From assembly GCA_903873975.1 (NCBI GenBank), contig CAIQQN010000294.1, forward strand, positions 1 to 61,049: a stretch of 61,049 nt of DNA. Direction: 5' to 3'. This document shows, one piece after another, positions 1 to 10,121 of this stretch. The position numbers were made by a program, and so were the translations under genes. The stretch is from an uncultured Anaerolineales bacterium. Lineage in GTDB: Bacteria > Chloroflexota > Anaerolineae > Anaerolineales > Villigracilaceae. Every line of letters begins with the position of its first letter. The stretch's first letter is position 1. The notes beneath the pieces are model-generated. The model was given only the letters and a program-made list of their open reading frames with translations, made no database searches and was not told where the DNA came from.

Positions 1-801
1 CACATTGCGGCTTGCATGGCAGATAACGGACTGGATGGCAACCACCCGGTCATTGGCGTGGCGTTCGACGGGACTGGTTATGGCAAAGATGGGGCCATCT
101 GGGGTGGAGAGTTCTTAGTGGCAGATTACTCCAAATACGAGCGCAAATCCCATTTGGCTTATTTTCCTCTCCCAGGTGGCGATACAGCGATCAGACATCC
201 GGCACGCACGGCGCTTGCATTGCTTTGGTCACTGGGGTTGGATTGGGATGAAGAACTTGCCCCTGTGCGTGAACTTTGTTACGAGGAACGTATGGCGCTT
301 CGCATCCAGTTGGAACGCGGTCTAAATACTCAGCAGACCTCCAGCATGGGTCGTCTTTTCGATGTGGCCGCGGCTTTGGCGGGAGTAAGGCAAGAAGTCA
401 ACTACGAGGCGCAGGCGGCGATTGAATTCGAGTCAGCCTTGGATAAAACTGAATTGGGCGCGTACCGTTTCGAGGTCAAGAATGAAACGGTGGATGCCCG
501 ACCGGCCATAATCGCCATGCTGACAGACATTCGCGCTGGAGTCTCTATCCCTATCCTGTCGGCGCGTTTCCATAATGGAGTAGCAGAGATGGTTTCCGAG
601 GTGTGCGGTCAAATCAGGCGTGAAACTGGCTTGAAAGAAATCGCGTTAAGTGGAGGAGTCTGGCAGAATATGGCACTACTTGAAAGAGCAGTGCGAGGTC
701 TGAGTAAGGATGGTTTCGCGGTCTATGTTCATCATCAAGTCCCGGCGAATGATGGAGGCCTCTCATTTGGTCAGGCTCTGGTGGGAACTGCCAGTTTATG
801 A
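1..801 (+). CDS. hypF: [NiFe]-hydrogenase maturation carbamoyltransferase HypF, C-terminal part (5' end outside the window)
   Basis: Frame 1 is open from nt 1. It reads HIAACMADNGL..VIGVAFDGTGYGKDGAIWGGEFL..NDGGLSFGQA, typical of the C-terminal Kae1-like half of HypF. Confidence 0.85.
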   Translation, partial: HIAACMADNGLDGNHPVIGVAFDGTGYGKDGAIWGGEFLVADYSKYERKSHLAYFPLPGGDTAIRHPARTALALLWSLGLDWDEELAPVRELCYEERMALRIQLERGLNTQQTSSMGRLFDVAAALAGVRQEVNYEAQAAIEFESALDKTELGAYRFEVKNETVDARPAIIAMLTDIRAGVSIPILSARFHNGVAEMVSEVCGQIRRETGLKEIALSGGVWQNMALLERAVRGLSKDGFAVYVHHQVPANDGGLSFGQALVGTASL

Positions 802-847
802 AGTTGATGGTATGATATTGATACATTGGGTAAGGTAAAGGAACTGG

Positions 848-1795
848 ATGAGTAAAATACTGCTGGTGGAAGACGACGCGCTGCTGCTGGAGGTCATGCG
901 TAACATCCTGGAGATAGAGGGTTATGAAATCCACCCGGCAAGTAATGGGAAGAAGGCTCTTGATCTCTTTGTGAATATTATACCTGACCTCATCATCTCG
1001 GATATTATGATGCCTGTGATGGATGGTTATGAACTATTAGAGTCAGTTCGCGTCCTGCCAAATGGCGTGACAGTTCCGTTTTTATTCCTTAGTGCCCGAA
1101 CAGAACGAGCAGATGTCAGCCGGGCGCGTTTGTTGGGTGTGGACGATTACCTGTTCAAGCCATTCGATGCACCAGAGCTCATTAATGCTGTGCGATCCCG
1201 CCTTGATAGGCGGCGTAGGGTCGAACTGTTTGATACCCGCGCTGCCCACTTGCAGACGGTGATCATGCTGGCAAATGTCATTGAAGCCCGCGACCCCTAT
1301 ACAGCAGGACATCTTGAACGTGTTCGCCGCCTGGCTCTCAACCTGGCCTTTGCGCTCGATTGGGCGAATGAGGAAATTGTTATTCTGGAATTTGGGGCAA
1401 TTTTACATGATATCGGCAAAATCATTGTTCCAAGCCGGGTATTGAAAAAAACCGGGCCTCTCGACGAGGATGAATGGAAACTAATGCGTCAGCACCCGGA
1501 AGCAGGGGCGAAGATGCTAGAAGGCGTGGATCATTTGAAAGCAGCCATCCCTTATGTTCTCTGTCACCATGAATGGTGGAACGGCAGCGGTTACCCGATG
1601 GGATTAAGCGGTGAAAAGATTCCGCGCGAAGGACGTTTGCTGGCAATCGTAGACGCCTTCGACGCCATGACAACAAACCGTCCCTATCATATCAGCATGA
1701 TGGCCAAGGACGCTATAGAAGAGATACGTCAAAACAAGGGCATCTATTTCGACCCGGAAATAGTGGATGTTTTCATTCGTTCGTATAAAACATAA
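848..1795 (+). CDS. Response regulator with HD-GYP output domain
   Basis: Receiver motifs (LLVEDD, DLIISDIMMPVMDG) are followed by HD-GYP motifs (HDIGK, HHEWWNGSGYP). Confidence 0.85.
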   Translation: MSKILLVEDDALLLEVMRNILEIEGYEIHPASNGKKALDLFVNIIPDLIISDIMMPVMDGYELLESVRVLPNGVTVPFLFLSARTERADVSRARLLGVDDYLFKPFDAPELINAVRSRLDRRRRVELFDTRAAHLQTVIMLANVIEARDPYTAGHLERVRRLALNLAFALDWANEEIVILEFGAILHDIGKIIVPSRVLKKTGPLDEDEWKLMRQHPEAGAKMLEGVDHLKAAIPYVLCHHEWWNGSGYPMGLSGEKIPREGRLLAIVDAFDAMTTNRPYHISMMAKDAIEEIRQNKGIYFDPEIVDVFIRSYKT

Positions 1796-1864
1796 GTAAT
1801 AGCGATGTGAACAGAAAACATCGTTTGGACTGAAATAGAGAGGGTGGGGTGAAAGTAGTCTGTG

Positions 1865-2317
1865 TTAGCGCGCTTCCCGATCCAATTCGCGTTCAGCGTC
1901 CCGCTTAGCAATGGCTTCGCGTTTATCATGCAATTTTTTGCCCTTAGCGATGGCGATTTCAATCTTGGCGCGGCCATCTTTAAGATAGACGCGTAATGGG
2001 ACGATCGTTACACCTTTCTGACGAATAGCATCCCATAATTCGCGAATCTCCCTCTTATGGAGCAGCAAGCGGCGAGCCCGTTTCGGGTCATGGTTGAAGC
2101 GGTTGGCTTGTTCATATGGGGCAATGTGTGCTTCCATTAGAAATGCACCACGGGTGTCATCTACGCGAACATAGGCTTCTGCCAAACTTATCTGACCAGC
2201 GCGAATGGATTTAATTTCACTCCCCTTTAGTGAGAGCCCGGCCTCAAAACGCTCGAATAGGAAATATTCAAAACCAGCTTTGCGGTTTGTGGCGACAGAT
2301 TTGACATGTTCAGGCAT
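1865..2317 (-). CDS. smpB: SsrA-binding protein SmpB
   Basis: 150-aa ORF with KAGFEYFLFERFEAGLSLKGSEIKS..LLLHKREI, a full-length SmpB pattern. Confidence 0.95.
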   Translation of the reverse strand: MPEHVKSVATNRKAGFEYFLFERFEAGLSLKGSEIKSIRAGQISLAEAYVRVDDTRGAFLMEAHIAPYEQANRFNHDPKRARRLLLHKREIRELWDAIRQKGVTIVPLRVYLKDGRAKIEIAIAKGKKLHDKREAIAKRDAERELDREAR

Positions 2318-2369
2318 AATTAACCAATTCCAGAAGATTGTAACATGGTAATCAGCCAGAGCAAACCAT

Positions 2370-3731
2370 TTACCCCCATTTCAAAATGGCAATCCCGGCC
2401 AGTAAACGCAGCGTTCCAAAGGCGATCAAGGCCATACCTATTCCTATGAACCCAGCCAGGAACGGGCCTGCCAGTGAACCGAAGAGCACTGCCGAGTTCA
2501 GAATAATGTTGTACCATGCCAGATGTGAGGGGCGGTCGTCTTCCGGGATTCGCTCGAGCAGATAGTTGGCATAGGCTCCAGCGACCAGCGCCCAAACAAA
2601 CCCACCGACAATCGAGAGCAGATAATAATGGAAAGCGTTATGCGAGAGAGCCATGGCAATCGGGTAAATACTCATCCCGACCACGCCCCAGCCGGTCAGC
2701 TTGTGATGCCCGACTTTATGTTCCAGTCGGCTGAGCTGGGTTGAACCGAGCAAGACAGTCAGGTAGAAGAGCGACGTGCCGATCCCGATATTAGCATCTG
2801 TTAGATGCAATTCGTTGACGGTGTAGAGTGCAAAAAGCGGAAGGGCAAGGTACTGAGCCAGGTGGAAGCCCAGAAGCACAAGCAGGACTTTCCGGTAAGG
2901 TGTGCGCCAAATGTCGAGACGAAGGATAGCGTGCCAGTCATGGCGGCGATTCTTTTCCTCTATGCTCGGATAGTTTTTTAAGTCCGGGAATGCTGCGATA
3001 ACGGTCTCTTTGGGAGGGCGGACAAAAAACAGGTGGAAGGTACTCAATGCTGCGCTTAGAAACCCAATTCCAAAGACAACCTGATATCCGACCGGAAAGC
3101 GCAAGTGGTAGAGGATATAGCCGGTTCCGAGCGACGCTATTATGTAAGTAAGCGACTGCACCACGTTCCGAACGCCTACCACGGAAGCGCGCCATTCCAC
3201 AGGCACAGATGCCGCAAATAAGGCATTAAAACCTACACTCAATCCGCACATCGGTATACCCATCGCCAGCGTGATAACTGTAAGTGCCCATATTTGACCT
3301 TGATTTCCAAACAACCAAGGCAGAGGAATCCATAGAAAATAACCAAGACGGGAAAGCACAGCCGTCCAGAAGACCGACTGGCCCACCGGTCGCTTTTGCA
3401 ACCAGTTCCCAGCTGGTATGGATAGAAGCAGGCTAACCACAGCTGGCATTGCCCCGAGAAGGCCAATTTGGAAGCTGCTGGCTCCCAACCGGGCAGCATA
3501 TATATTCAAGAAATTGATAGCACTGCCGCTCAGAATGCCAAACCAGGCGATTTCGATATACAGATGGATGAAATTTCGCCGATATTCCTGAGGAATCGCC
3601 GGATTGTAAAAGAAACGACGGATGGTAAGCACAGGTTTGATTATAATCAACACCATCAAATAATATATGGAGGTACGGATGTTTGGTCTTCGACGCCACT
3701 TTCTTCTCAATCCCTCTGTTACCTTCCTCAA
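2370..3731 (-). CDS. MFS-type transporter
   Basis: 453-aa ORF with about 12 hydrophobic helices and an MFS-like loop (AGNWLQKRPVGQ). The first ATG (3731) overlaps the divergent aminotransferase gene; ATG 3656 is an alternative start. Confidence 0.7.
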   Translation of the reverse strand: MRKVTEGLRRKWRRRPNIRTSIYYLMVLIIIKPVLTIRRFFYNPAIPQEYRRNFIHLYIEIAWFGILSGSAINFLNIYAARLGASSFQIGLLGAMPAVVSLLLSIPAGNWLQKRPVGQSVFWTAVLSRLGYFLWIPLPWLFGNQGQIWALTVITLAMGIPMCGLSVGFNALFAASVPVEWRASVVGVRNVVQSLTYIIASLGTGYILYHLRFPVGYQVVFGIGFLSAALSTFHLFFVRPPKETVIAAFPDLKNYPSIEEKNRRHDWHAILRLDIWRTPYRKVLLVLLGFHLAQYLALPLFALYTVNELHLTDANIGIGTSLFYLTVLLGSTQLSRLEHKVGHHKLTGWGVVGMSIYPIAMALSHNAFHYYLLSIVGGFVWALVAGAYANYLLERIPEDDRPSHLAWYNIILNSAVLFGSLAGPFLAGFIGIGMALIAFGTLRLLAGIAILKWG

Positions 3732-4839
3732 TCATGGTTCCTTCGGGGCAACGACGCGTACGGTCTTTCATGCTTATCAGAATTGGCAACGTGAACTGGA
3801 ACGCCAGCCAGTCGAATTTCTGGGACGGCGTTTTACGAACCTTTTGCGGGTCGCGCGCATTTCTCTTGCAGACTACGTTGGGACGGATGCTGAAAACTTG
3901 GTCTACACCAGGAATATAACCATGTCTCTTAACATCGTTGCTCACTCCCTAAGCCTCGGACCGGGCGATGAAGTCCTGGGCACCGACCACGAGTATGGTG
4001 CGCTCGACCGGACCTGGCGATTTCTGGAGAAAGAACGCGGCTTCAAATATATTAATCAACCAATCCCTGTACCAATCGTGGGGAGAAACGATCTAGCCAG
4101 GCAATCGTTCGTGGACTAATTATGGAAAGGTGTAACACCCCGCACGCGCGTTATTTTTATCAGTCACATCACCAGCCCAACTGCGCTCATCTTTCCGATT
4201 GAGGCGGTCATCCAGCAGGCGCGACAGGCTGGAATATTGACTGTCGTGGATGGGGCGCATGCCCCCGGCCATATACCGTTGCGCTTGGATAATCTCGGTG
4301 CGGATTTCTATGGAGGAAACCTGCATAAGTGGTTGTGTGCGCCCAAAGGTGCTGGATTCCTATTCGCAAGGAAGGATGTCCAACATTTGCTCAAACCACT
4401 GGTAGTATCTTGGGGCTACGAAGCGGAAGCTCCAAGCCCATCAAAGTTCGTTGACCATCAAGAATGGACTGGCACGCGCGACATTGCTGCATTTCTTTCC
4501 GTCCCGGCAGCGATTGAATTCCAAAGAGAATATGATTGGGAGAAAGTCCGTCATACCTGTCACGAATTGGTGCGTGAGGCGCAGGAACGCATCTGTGCGC
4601 TGAGCGGCTTATCACCCCTGTCAGACGACTCATGGTTCATTCAAATGGCCTCCATACCATTGCCGGAAACCACTGACCTGGCAGTGTTAAGAACACGCCT
4701 TTATAACGAATACCGTATCGAAGTTCCGCTTATTTTGTGGAATGGGCGTATGTTTATGCGGGTGAGTGTGCAGGGCGATAACACCCATGGGGATGTAAAG
4801 CAATTAATTTCCATTCTTCCTGATTTAATCAACCAGTGA
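3667..4839 (+). pseudogene. Class-V PLP aminotransferase / cysteine-desulfurase-like (isopenicillin-N-epimerase type) gene interrupted by one in-frame TAA
   Basis: ORFs 3667-4119 and 4237-4839 share a frame and read as one protein ([28 protein letters not shown], PLP-Lys context GNLHKWLCAPKG). The TAA at 4117-4119 sits between SFVD and [13 protein letters not shown]. The likely start is ATG 3679 (MFGLRRHF). Confidence 0.7.
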
Positions 4840-4922
4840 GTTGTTTAACGGGCACCAAACGGGAAAAGGGTTTGATCCTTGCGTTGCGTCTGGTAGAAAC
4901 CTTCATAAAACGTCTTTCCCAA

Positions 4923-7553
4923 TTATTGAAAAGGAACAACCGAATCTATGATCGGAAGGTATACAGTTTGATACAAAGCGTCAAGTTCGTCTTTGTGGCA
5001 GAATAATAGTACGATCAAAGCGTCTCCTTGAGCACTATCCGACATGGCGAGTTCCACTGGACGACCATAAGAGGTGGTTTCGTATAACGACCAGTCAAGG
5101 CCGTTTGCTTTCCGCGTACCAACCAAGATGGGGGCGGCGTCGAAGCCGTGATACCCATAAAGTTTGGAAGACAGGGAATCGAGCAGCGCACTCGAGTCAA
5201 AAAAGTATGCTCGGGCAATGGCGAGTTGGGTGATGTCTAGGGGAGAGTTATCCCGGCGGTAAAAGCCGTCGGAGTATTTATCCCACTCGACTGGCATTTT
5301 TGCCGTCAAGCCGTACCCTTCTTCGACCGCCAGTTGGACGGGCGGGTTTCCGGTGTAGGGAGTGATGAAATTGATAGAAGGAAGGTTTCCCATGCAAGCG
5401 CGGTCCGGTTCGCGGCCTGGGTTGTCGAAGAATGCCAAGATCATGCCGGAAGCACATCCTGTGGTGTCGCCAAACAGTGGCACGTGACCCTGGTTGGGGA
5501 ATTCCACGTAGTAACTATGACTCAGGTTCTGGGAAACCTGTTTGCCGTACATGGGCGGCGTGGCAGGATCGTATGTGCCTTCGATGATTAGAGTCGGGAT
5601 ATCACTAACGACCGGATCTTTTTCGCCGGCTGCCGGGGGTTTGGACCCCCATACCTTGCAAGTGTTGAACATGTCTGTGGCGTCACCGAAAAATGGCAGA
5701 CGCATATATTTCCCGATATCGTGATTGACATCCATGATAGCCTGGAGTTCCTCGGATGTCCCTGAGAGAATATGCTCGTGGCATATTACAGAGATATAAA
5801 CGCCGATATTGATACCTTTGAATTCAATGGGTAGAGAGGATTGCATGGCAACAAATGTAGAATAGTCGCCTGCCTTGATTTCGTCGAGTGACATGGGCGC
5901 TGTTGGGATCATCCAAGCCCATTTAAGCAATCCATATGTGGTGACCCCCAAAAGATCGGAGCCGGTGATAGTCTCGGTAATCTTTCCGCCGGTTAGGATA
6001 GGAGCCGTCACGGATACGGGGTGTGCATCAAGTTGCGCGACCATATTCCAGAAATCCGTCTTTAGGTCCGGATAGGCAGCCGCACATTTTGGGTCAGCAG
6101 CGCACCCAGCGAAGAGGGCCTGCAGGGACGAACTGATCCTGGTAGGATCTTCGAACAAAAGTCTTGCTTCCACAGGAACCACCGAATCGAGCACCACGCT
6201 CTTCAGGATCTCTGGATGGCTGCGCATCGTAACCAGGGCCAAGCGAGTACCGTAGGAGGCTCCATACAGGTCGACCTGGCTGTATCCAAGTGTGGTCACC
6301 AGATCTTTCAGATCGTCCGCGTTGGAAATTGTGTTAAAGTCGCTCAGATTAATCCCACTAACCGTCATCATGCCGTGGCAAGAGCGAAAGGCGTTTGTGT
6401 AGATCATATTACGGCTGGATGTGGGAATTTGTCCGAACACATCCTGTTTGTAAACGGTCTCCAGTTCCTGGCAGTTGATGGCAGGTTTTGTCAGACCAGT
6501 GCCGCGCTGATCGAAGGCGATATAGTCGCGTTTATCCAGGAAGGGTGCAATCAGGATGTTATAGTCAGCCACACTTGTCATGATTGCTTCGCCGCCCGGA
6601 CCACCCTGCAAGAAGATGACCGGGTCGGGCGCGGGGTTGATACTCGTGCTGTGGAAGACTGCCACAGCAATCTGGATGTTGGGAGAGGCGGGGTTCGTGC
6701 GATCTTCGGGAACGGTCAGATAGCCGCAGCTTACTGTAATCCCCGTCGGTGGGACGAATGTACACTGATCGCTCTTGAAAGTGGGCGTGTAGGCTAGAGT
6801 GGGAACAACGATGGGGGTGTATGTCGGTTCAGAGGCCATGGAGGTGACGGTTGGGAGATGCGATATGGTCTGCGTAACCATCGGCGGGAGCAGCACGGTC
6901 TCTGACGTGGCGGTGGGTATGGATAACGGGAGCAGGTTGGCGGGTATAAATTTCATCCAAGTGCCGGAAACGATAAGATAGAGAATGGCCATCAGGCAAA
7001 CCAGCGACACCGGGATGGACCACAGGAAGCCTGCCAATACCGGGTTAATCTTCTTCCTCAGCGTAGGGGTGGGTTTATTCCCCTGAGGGATTGCCCCAGC
7101 TTGTTTTTCCTGCCAGCCCGGCGCGACCGAAAGCTGAGGAAGAGGCGGTAGGTCCGTGGCCGATGACTTGACCAATTCTTCATTATTCTCAAAAACAAAC
7201 GGAGTATCGGCAAGCTTCGGTTGCGGGGCAATGACCAGCCTGCTATTGGGAGTTGGGGACGAAACCGCCGGTTCACCGGCCGATGGGACAGATCCCTGTG
7301 GGGCAGAGGCATGGAGCCAGATAGTGTCCTTCAGGTCTTGCAAGGCCTCCAGGTTGTTGGGGTTGAGCGCCAGCACGCGCTTGAAACAATACTCCCGCTG
7401 GTTTGGATTTGGGACGCATTTCCCCAACCAGAGCCAACCTTGCTCGGAATTGGGGTCAGACTTGACTGCACGGGCGAAGAGCTTCGCAGCCTCTTCGAGG
7501 TCACCGGTCCTGGCGGCAGTCATCCCTGCTCGAATAAGATCGTCAATGGTCAT
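4923..7553 (-). CDS. Membrane-anchored TPR protein fused to an S33/TAP-like alpha/beta-hydrolase (peptidase)
   Basis: N-terminal TPR repeats, one TM helix (FLWSIPVSLVCLMAILYLIV) and a Pro/Thr linker. Hydrolase motifs follow: FLQGGPGG, nucleophile elbow GASYGT and the TAP C-terminal motif EGTYDPATP..QGH. A further ~170-aa C-terminal domain is unassigned. Confidence 0.75.
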   Translation of the reverse strand: MTIDDLIRAGMTAARTGDLEEAAKLFARAVKSDPNSEQGWLWLGKCVPNPNQREYCFKRVLALNPNNLEALQDLKDTIWLHASAPQGSVPSAGEPAVSSPTPNSRLVIAPQPKLADTPFVFENNEELVKSSATDLPPLPQLSVAPGWQEKQAGAIPQGNKPTPTLRKKINPVLAGFLWSIPVSLVCLMAILYLIVSGTWMKFIPANLLPLSIPTATSETVLLPPMVTQTISHLPTVTSMASEPTYTPIVVPTLAYTPTFKSDQCTFVPPTGITVSCGYLTVPEDRTNPASPNIQIAVAVFHSTSINPAPDPVIFLQGGPGGEAIMTSVADYNILIAPFLDKRDYIAFDQRGTGLTKPAINCQELETVYKQDVFGQIPTSSRNMIYTNAFRSCHGMMTVSGINLSDFNTISNADDLKDLVTTLGYSQVDLYGASYGTRLALVTMRSHPEILKSVVLDSVVPVEARLLFEDPTRISSSLQALFAGCAADPKCAAAYPDLKTDFWNMVAQLDAHPVSVTAPILTGGKITETITGSDLLGVTTYGLLKWAWMIPTAPMSLDEIKAGDYSTFVAMQSSLPIEFKGINIGVYISVICHEHILSGTSEELQAIMDVNHDIGKYMRLPFFGDATDMFNTCKVWGSKPPAAGEKDPVVSDIPTLIIEGTYDPATPPMYGKQVSQNLSHSYYVEFPNQGHVPLFGDTTGCASGMILAFFDNPGREPDRACMGNLPSINFITPYTGNPPVQLAVEEGYGLTAKMPVEWDKYSDGFYRRDNSPLDITQLAIARAYFFDSSALLDSLSSKLYGYHGFDAAPILVGTRKANGLDWSLYETTSYGRPVELAMSDSAQGDALIVLLFCHKDELDALYQTVYLPIIDSVVPFQ

Positions 7554-8949
7554 TCCGTTTATCCTTGGTTTGAAGGAGGACGCTTTGGTGGGTATACAAA
7601 GAAATTTCGAGGTTTGCCAGTTCTTCAGCCTCCAACCTCGCCGTGACCGGGTTCCGGTTCTTGGCTACCCATTTCCGAAGTGGCTCAGCCCACTTTACCA
7701 GTGCCTGCGCGTCAGCGGGATAGTGACTGCGGCGCGTACCAATGTTGATCCATTTGAATCTGTCCAGCGCGGCGGTCCATTCGTCAAACGGTACACGGTC
7801 CGGGGGGAGGGAGAAGGTTGCCAGCGGTGAGAAAAAAACCGGTTTCCCGCCTGGGAAGTGCATCCGCATTTCCTTAAGGTAGTCCAGGCTGTCATCAGTG
7901 TTGAAGATCAACCACAGCGGGAGGAGTCCGCTTTGCATGGCAGCACTGGAATCAAACTGACTGAACATTTCCACCAGCACACCTGATGGTGGGCGGCCTT
8001 CTTTTTCGAGTAGTCTCTGCGCTGCGGAAAAAGCCAGGCGGGAGAAGTCGTTCGGCTGGCGCAGTGGAATATGCACATAACGGAAACCCTCACGTTTACA
8101 GAAAGCCTCCAGCGCCGTGTCCATACCTGGCTCTGAGCCCCATTCAGATTCGGGACCGCGTTCCAGCGGATAGCCTTTCAACTTCCAATCGGTCAAGGTT
8201 ATCCCGGCTGAACGTGCATATACCCGCAACCGGTCACTGCTTTCGAGGAATTCTTCTGCTGAAATACCGCCCCAGCCGCCCACCTGGAACACACTGCGCG
8301 GTCCTACTCGATAGCGAAGCCACGAAGCCCCACCTTCCAGGTAGGCTACCGCACCGCCTGGTTCAAGTCTGGACTTGATAAATTCGGCATAAGCCCGCGG
8401 CAGGTTGAGCAGTTTGAAGCGCAGGTGGTTGACGAAGCGTGTCAGCCAACCATCGTGGACCGGGTCGTAATGCTGGATGGTCATCAACCCCGGGTTTTCG
8501 TCCGCGAGGCGCAGGGCAATATCCAGAGAACGATGCAGGTACTCGTTCACGTTTCCAGTCCGGGCCCCTTGCTTGAGTGTGGTGACAAAAGTCTGAGGCA
8601 GAAACGGACCTCCCAGAGCCAAGGACAGGTAGGTGGTCGCTCCACCGAGCGCCGCCCCAACCGTGACAGCCGGGAAATTTCCGGGTAGTTGCGCATAGTC
8701 ATTAAGTCGTTGGCGTACAAGTTCTTCAATCGAGAAATCGTCCAGCACTTTGGGAGGCAGGCCGGATATGGACTGGAAATGGCTAATGGAAAAACGTGCT
8801 GCACCCTGCGGTAGCGAGCCCAATACAGACAAGAACGTTTTTTGCCAGCCGGGAAATTCATAATTGTTGCAGAATTCGCCTTGTAAGCCGGCGGCAACCG
8901 CGCGCGTCACAATGGGGGAGGAACTTTCAGTGGATTCGAGTGCGGACAT
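7543..8949 (-). CDS. Hypothetical soluble protein (468 aa), function unknown
   Basis: Long uninterrupted ORF with no TM segments and no motif I recognise. Its 3' end overlaps the start of the TPR-hydrolase gene by 11 nt. Confidence 0.65.
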   Translation of the reverse strand: MSALESTESSSPIVTRAVAAGLQGEFCNNYEFPGWQKTFLSVLGSLPQGAARFSISHFQSISGLPPKVLDDFSIEELVRQRLNDYAQLPGNFPAVTVGAALGGATTYLSLALGGPFLPQTFVTTLKQGARTGNVNEYLHRSLDIALRLADENPGLMTIQHYDPVHDGWLTRFVNHLRFKLLNLPRAYAEFIKSRLEPGGAVAYLEGGASWLRYRVGPRSVFQVGGWGGISAEEFLESSDRLRVYARSAGITLTDWKLKGYPLERGPESEWGSEPGMDTALEAFCKREGFRYVHIPLRQPNDFSRLAFSAAQRLLEKEGRPPSGVLVEMFSQFDSSAAMQSGLLPLWLIFNTDDSLDYLKEMRMHFPGGKPVFFSPLATFSLPPDRVPFDEWTAALDRFKWINIGTRRSHYPADAQALVKWAEPLRKWVAKNRNPVTARLEAEELANLEISLYTHQSVLLQTKDKRNDH

Positions 8950-9004
8950 AGTGCCTCGTGAGAAGAGTATAATAATTCTACTTCAAGAATCAAAGAAGGT
9001 GACT

Positions 9005-9904
9005 ATGGATATTGCACTGGCACTCGGCGGTGGTGGATCGCGCGGTTTTGCTCACATTGGCGTGCTGCGTCGTCTGGAAGAAGAGGGCTACCGGGTGCGG
9101 GCGGTGGCTGGCACCAGCGCAGGCGGTATCGTCGGAACGTTGTATGCTGCCGGATACACACCGGACGAAATGGAAGCGAGGCTTTCCAAACTGGACCAGA
9201 CCAAATTATTCGGCCGCTCCAGTGGAGAGGGGCCGTCCATCTTGGGCTTAGGGGGCGCCACCAGGGTGCTGGAGGAATTCTTCGGCGACCTTACGTTTGA
9301 GAAATTAAGACTGCCTTGTGCGGTGGTGGCTGTGGATATTAAATCTGCGCAGGAAGTTATTTTAAGCGAAGGATGCGTAGTGGATGCTGTCTTGGCGACA
9401 TGCGCAATCCCGGCCATTTTCCCGCCCCGGCTAATAGGGGAGCACCAATTGGTGGATGGTGCCACCCTTGACCCAGTACCCGTTTCCGTTGCCCGATCGC
9501 TAGCGCCCACGCTACCAACGGTTGCCGTTGTTCTGACACCGCTGTTGGGGCGGAAAAGGAATCTGTTATCCCTGGGTTTCCCTTTACGAATCCCTACGCC
9601 AATTGTGGAGCGACTTTATCGTCTGCGCCTTGCCCAGGCGCTCAACATCTATATCCAAGCCACGGACGCAGGAGCGCGAATGCTGACCGAACTACGTCTA
9701 AAACTGGATGCTCCCGACGTGATCGTCAGACCTGACGTGGAGGGGGTTGGTTTGCTCGAAAAGGTGGATGTGCATAAAATCATCCGGCTGGGTGAGCAAG
9801 CCATGGATGCCGCCCTCACTGACCTCGAGCATGCCACAGCGTGGCCGAACCGCCTGCGTAGAAAATACTTTTCACCAGGCAGGAGAATATTAAGTGACCC
9901 GTGA
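9005..9904 (+). CDS. Patatin-like phospholipase
   Basis: MDIALALGGGGSRGFAHIGVL (oxyanion GGxR), nucleophile GTSAG and a catalytic DGA. The start is set to ATG 9005, which follows GAAGGTG; the upstream in-frame extension lacks homology. Confidence 0.85.
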   Translation: MDIALALGGGGSRGFAHIGVLRRLEEEGYRVRAVAGTSAGGIVGTLYAAGYTPDEMEARLSKLDQTKLFGRSSGEGPSILGLGGATRVLEEFFGDLTFEKLRLPCAVVAVDIKSAQEVILSEGCVVDAVLATCAIPAIFPPRLIGEHQLVDGATLDPVPVSVARSLAPTLPTVAVVLTPLLGRKRNLLSLGFPLRIPTPIVERLYRLRLAQALNIYIQATDAGARMLTELRLKLDAPDVIVRPDVEGVGLLEKVDVHKIIRLGEQAMDAALTDLEHATAWPNRLRRKYFSPGRRILSDP

Positions 9905-10121
9905 CCTGCGAAAATACGTCCGTCAGACCAATCTTCGCCTGATCGCCGGGGCTCTGATTTTGCTCTTCGTTGTTGGTGACGGGCTGATCTATTTACTTTA
10001 TGGCTCCAGTGCTGCGGTGATGGGTTTGCTGTGTCTTCTGGCGGGAATGACGCCGGTGGTGCTGGTGGTGCTGATCATCCTGCTCCTGGACTGGATTACC
10101 AAGCGTGCCAACCGTGATTGA
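9894..10121 (+). CDS. Small two-TM membrane protein
   Basis: GTG start 8 nt after AGGAG. Two hydrophobic helices. It overlaps the patatin stop and the following esterase start. Confidence 0.5.
   Translation: MTRDLRKYVRQTNLRLIAGALILLFVVGDGLIYLLYGSSAAVMGLLCLLAGMTPVVLVVLIILLLDWITKRANRD

Noticed and set aside
1796-1864. A tmRNA (ssrA) gene next to smpB.
   Set aside because: The flanking non-coding gaps (69 nt and 52 nt) are far too short for a ~350-nt tmRNA.
3433-3945. The 170-aa ORF on the - strand spanning the MFS/aminotransferase junction.
   Set aside because: It overlaps two genes with clear family signatures in other frames and has no motif or SD of its own.
8864-9004. A 47-codon N-terminal extension of the patatin ORF.
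   Set aside because: It overlaps the divergent 468-aa gene, has no patatin similarity, and the internal ATG 9005 follows GAAGGTG.
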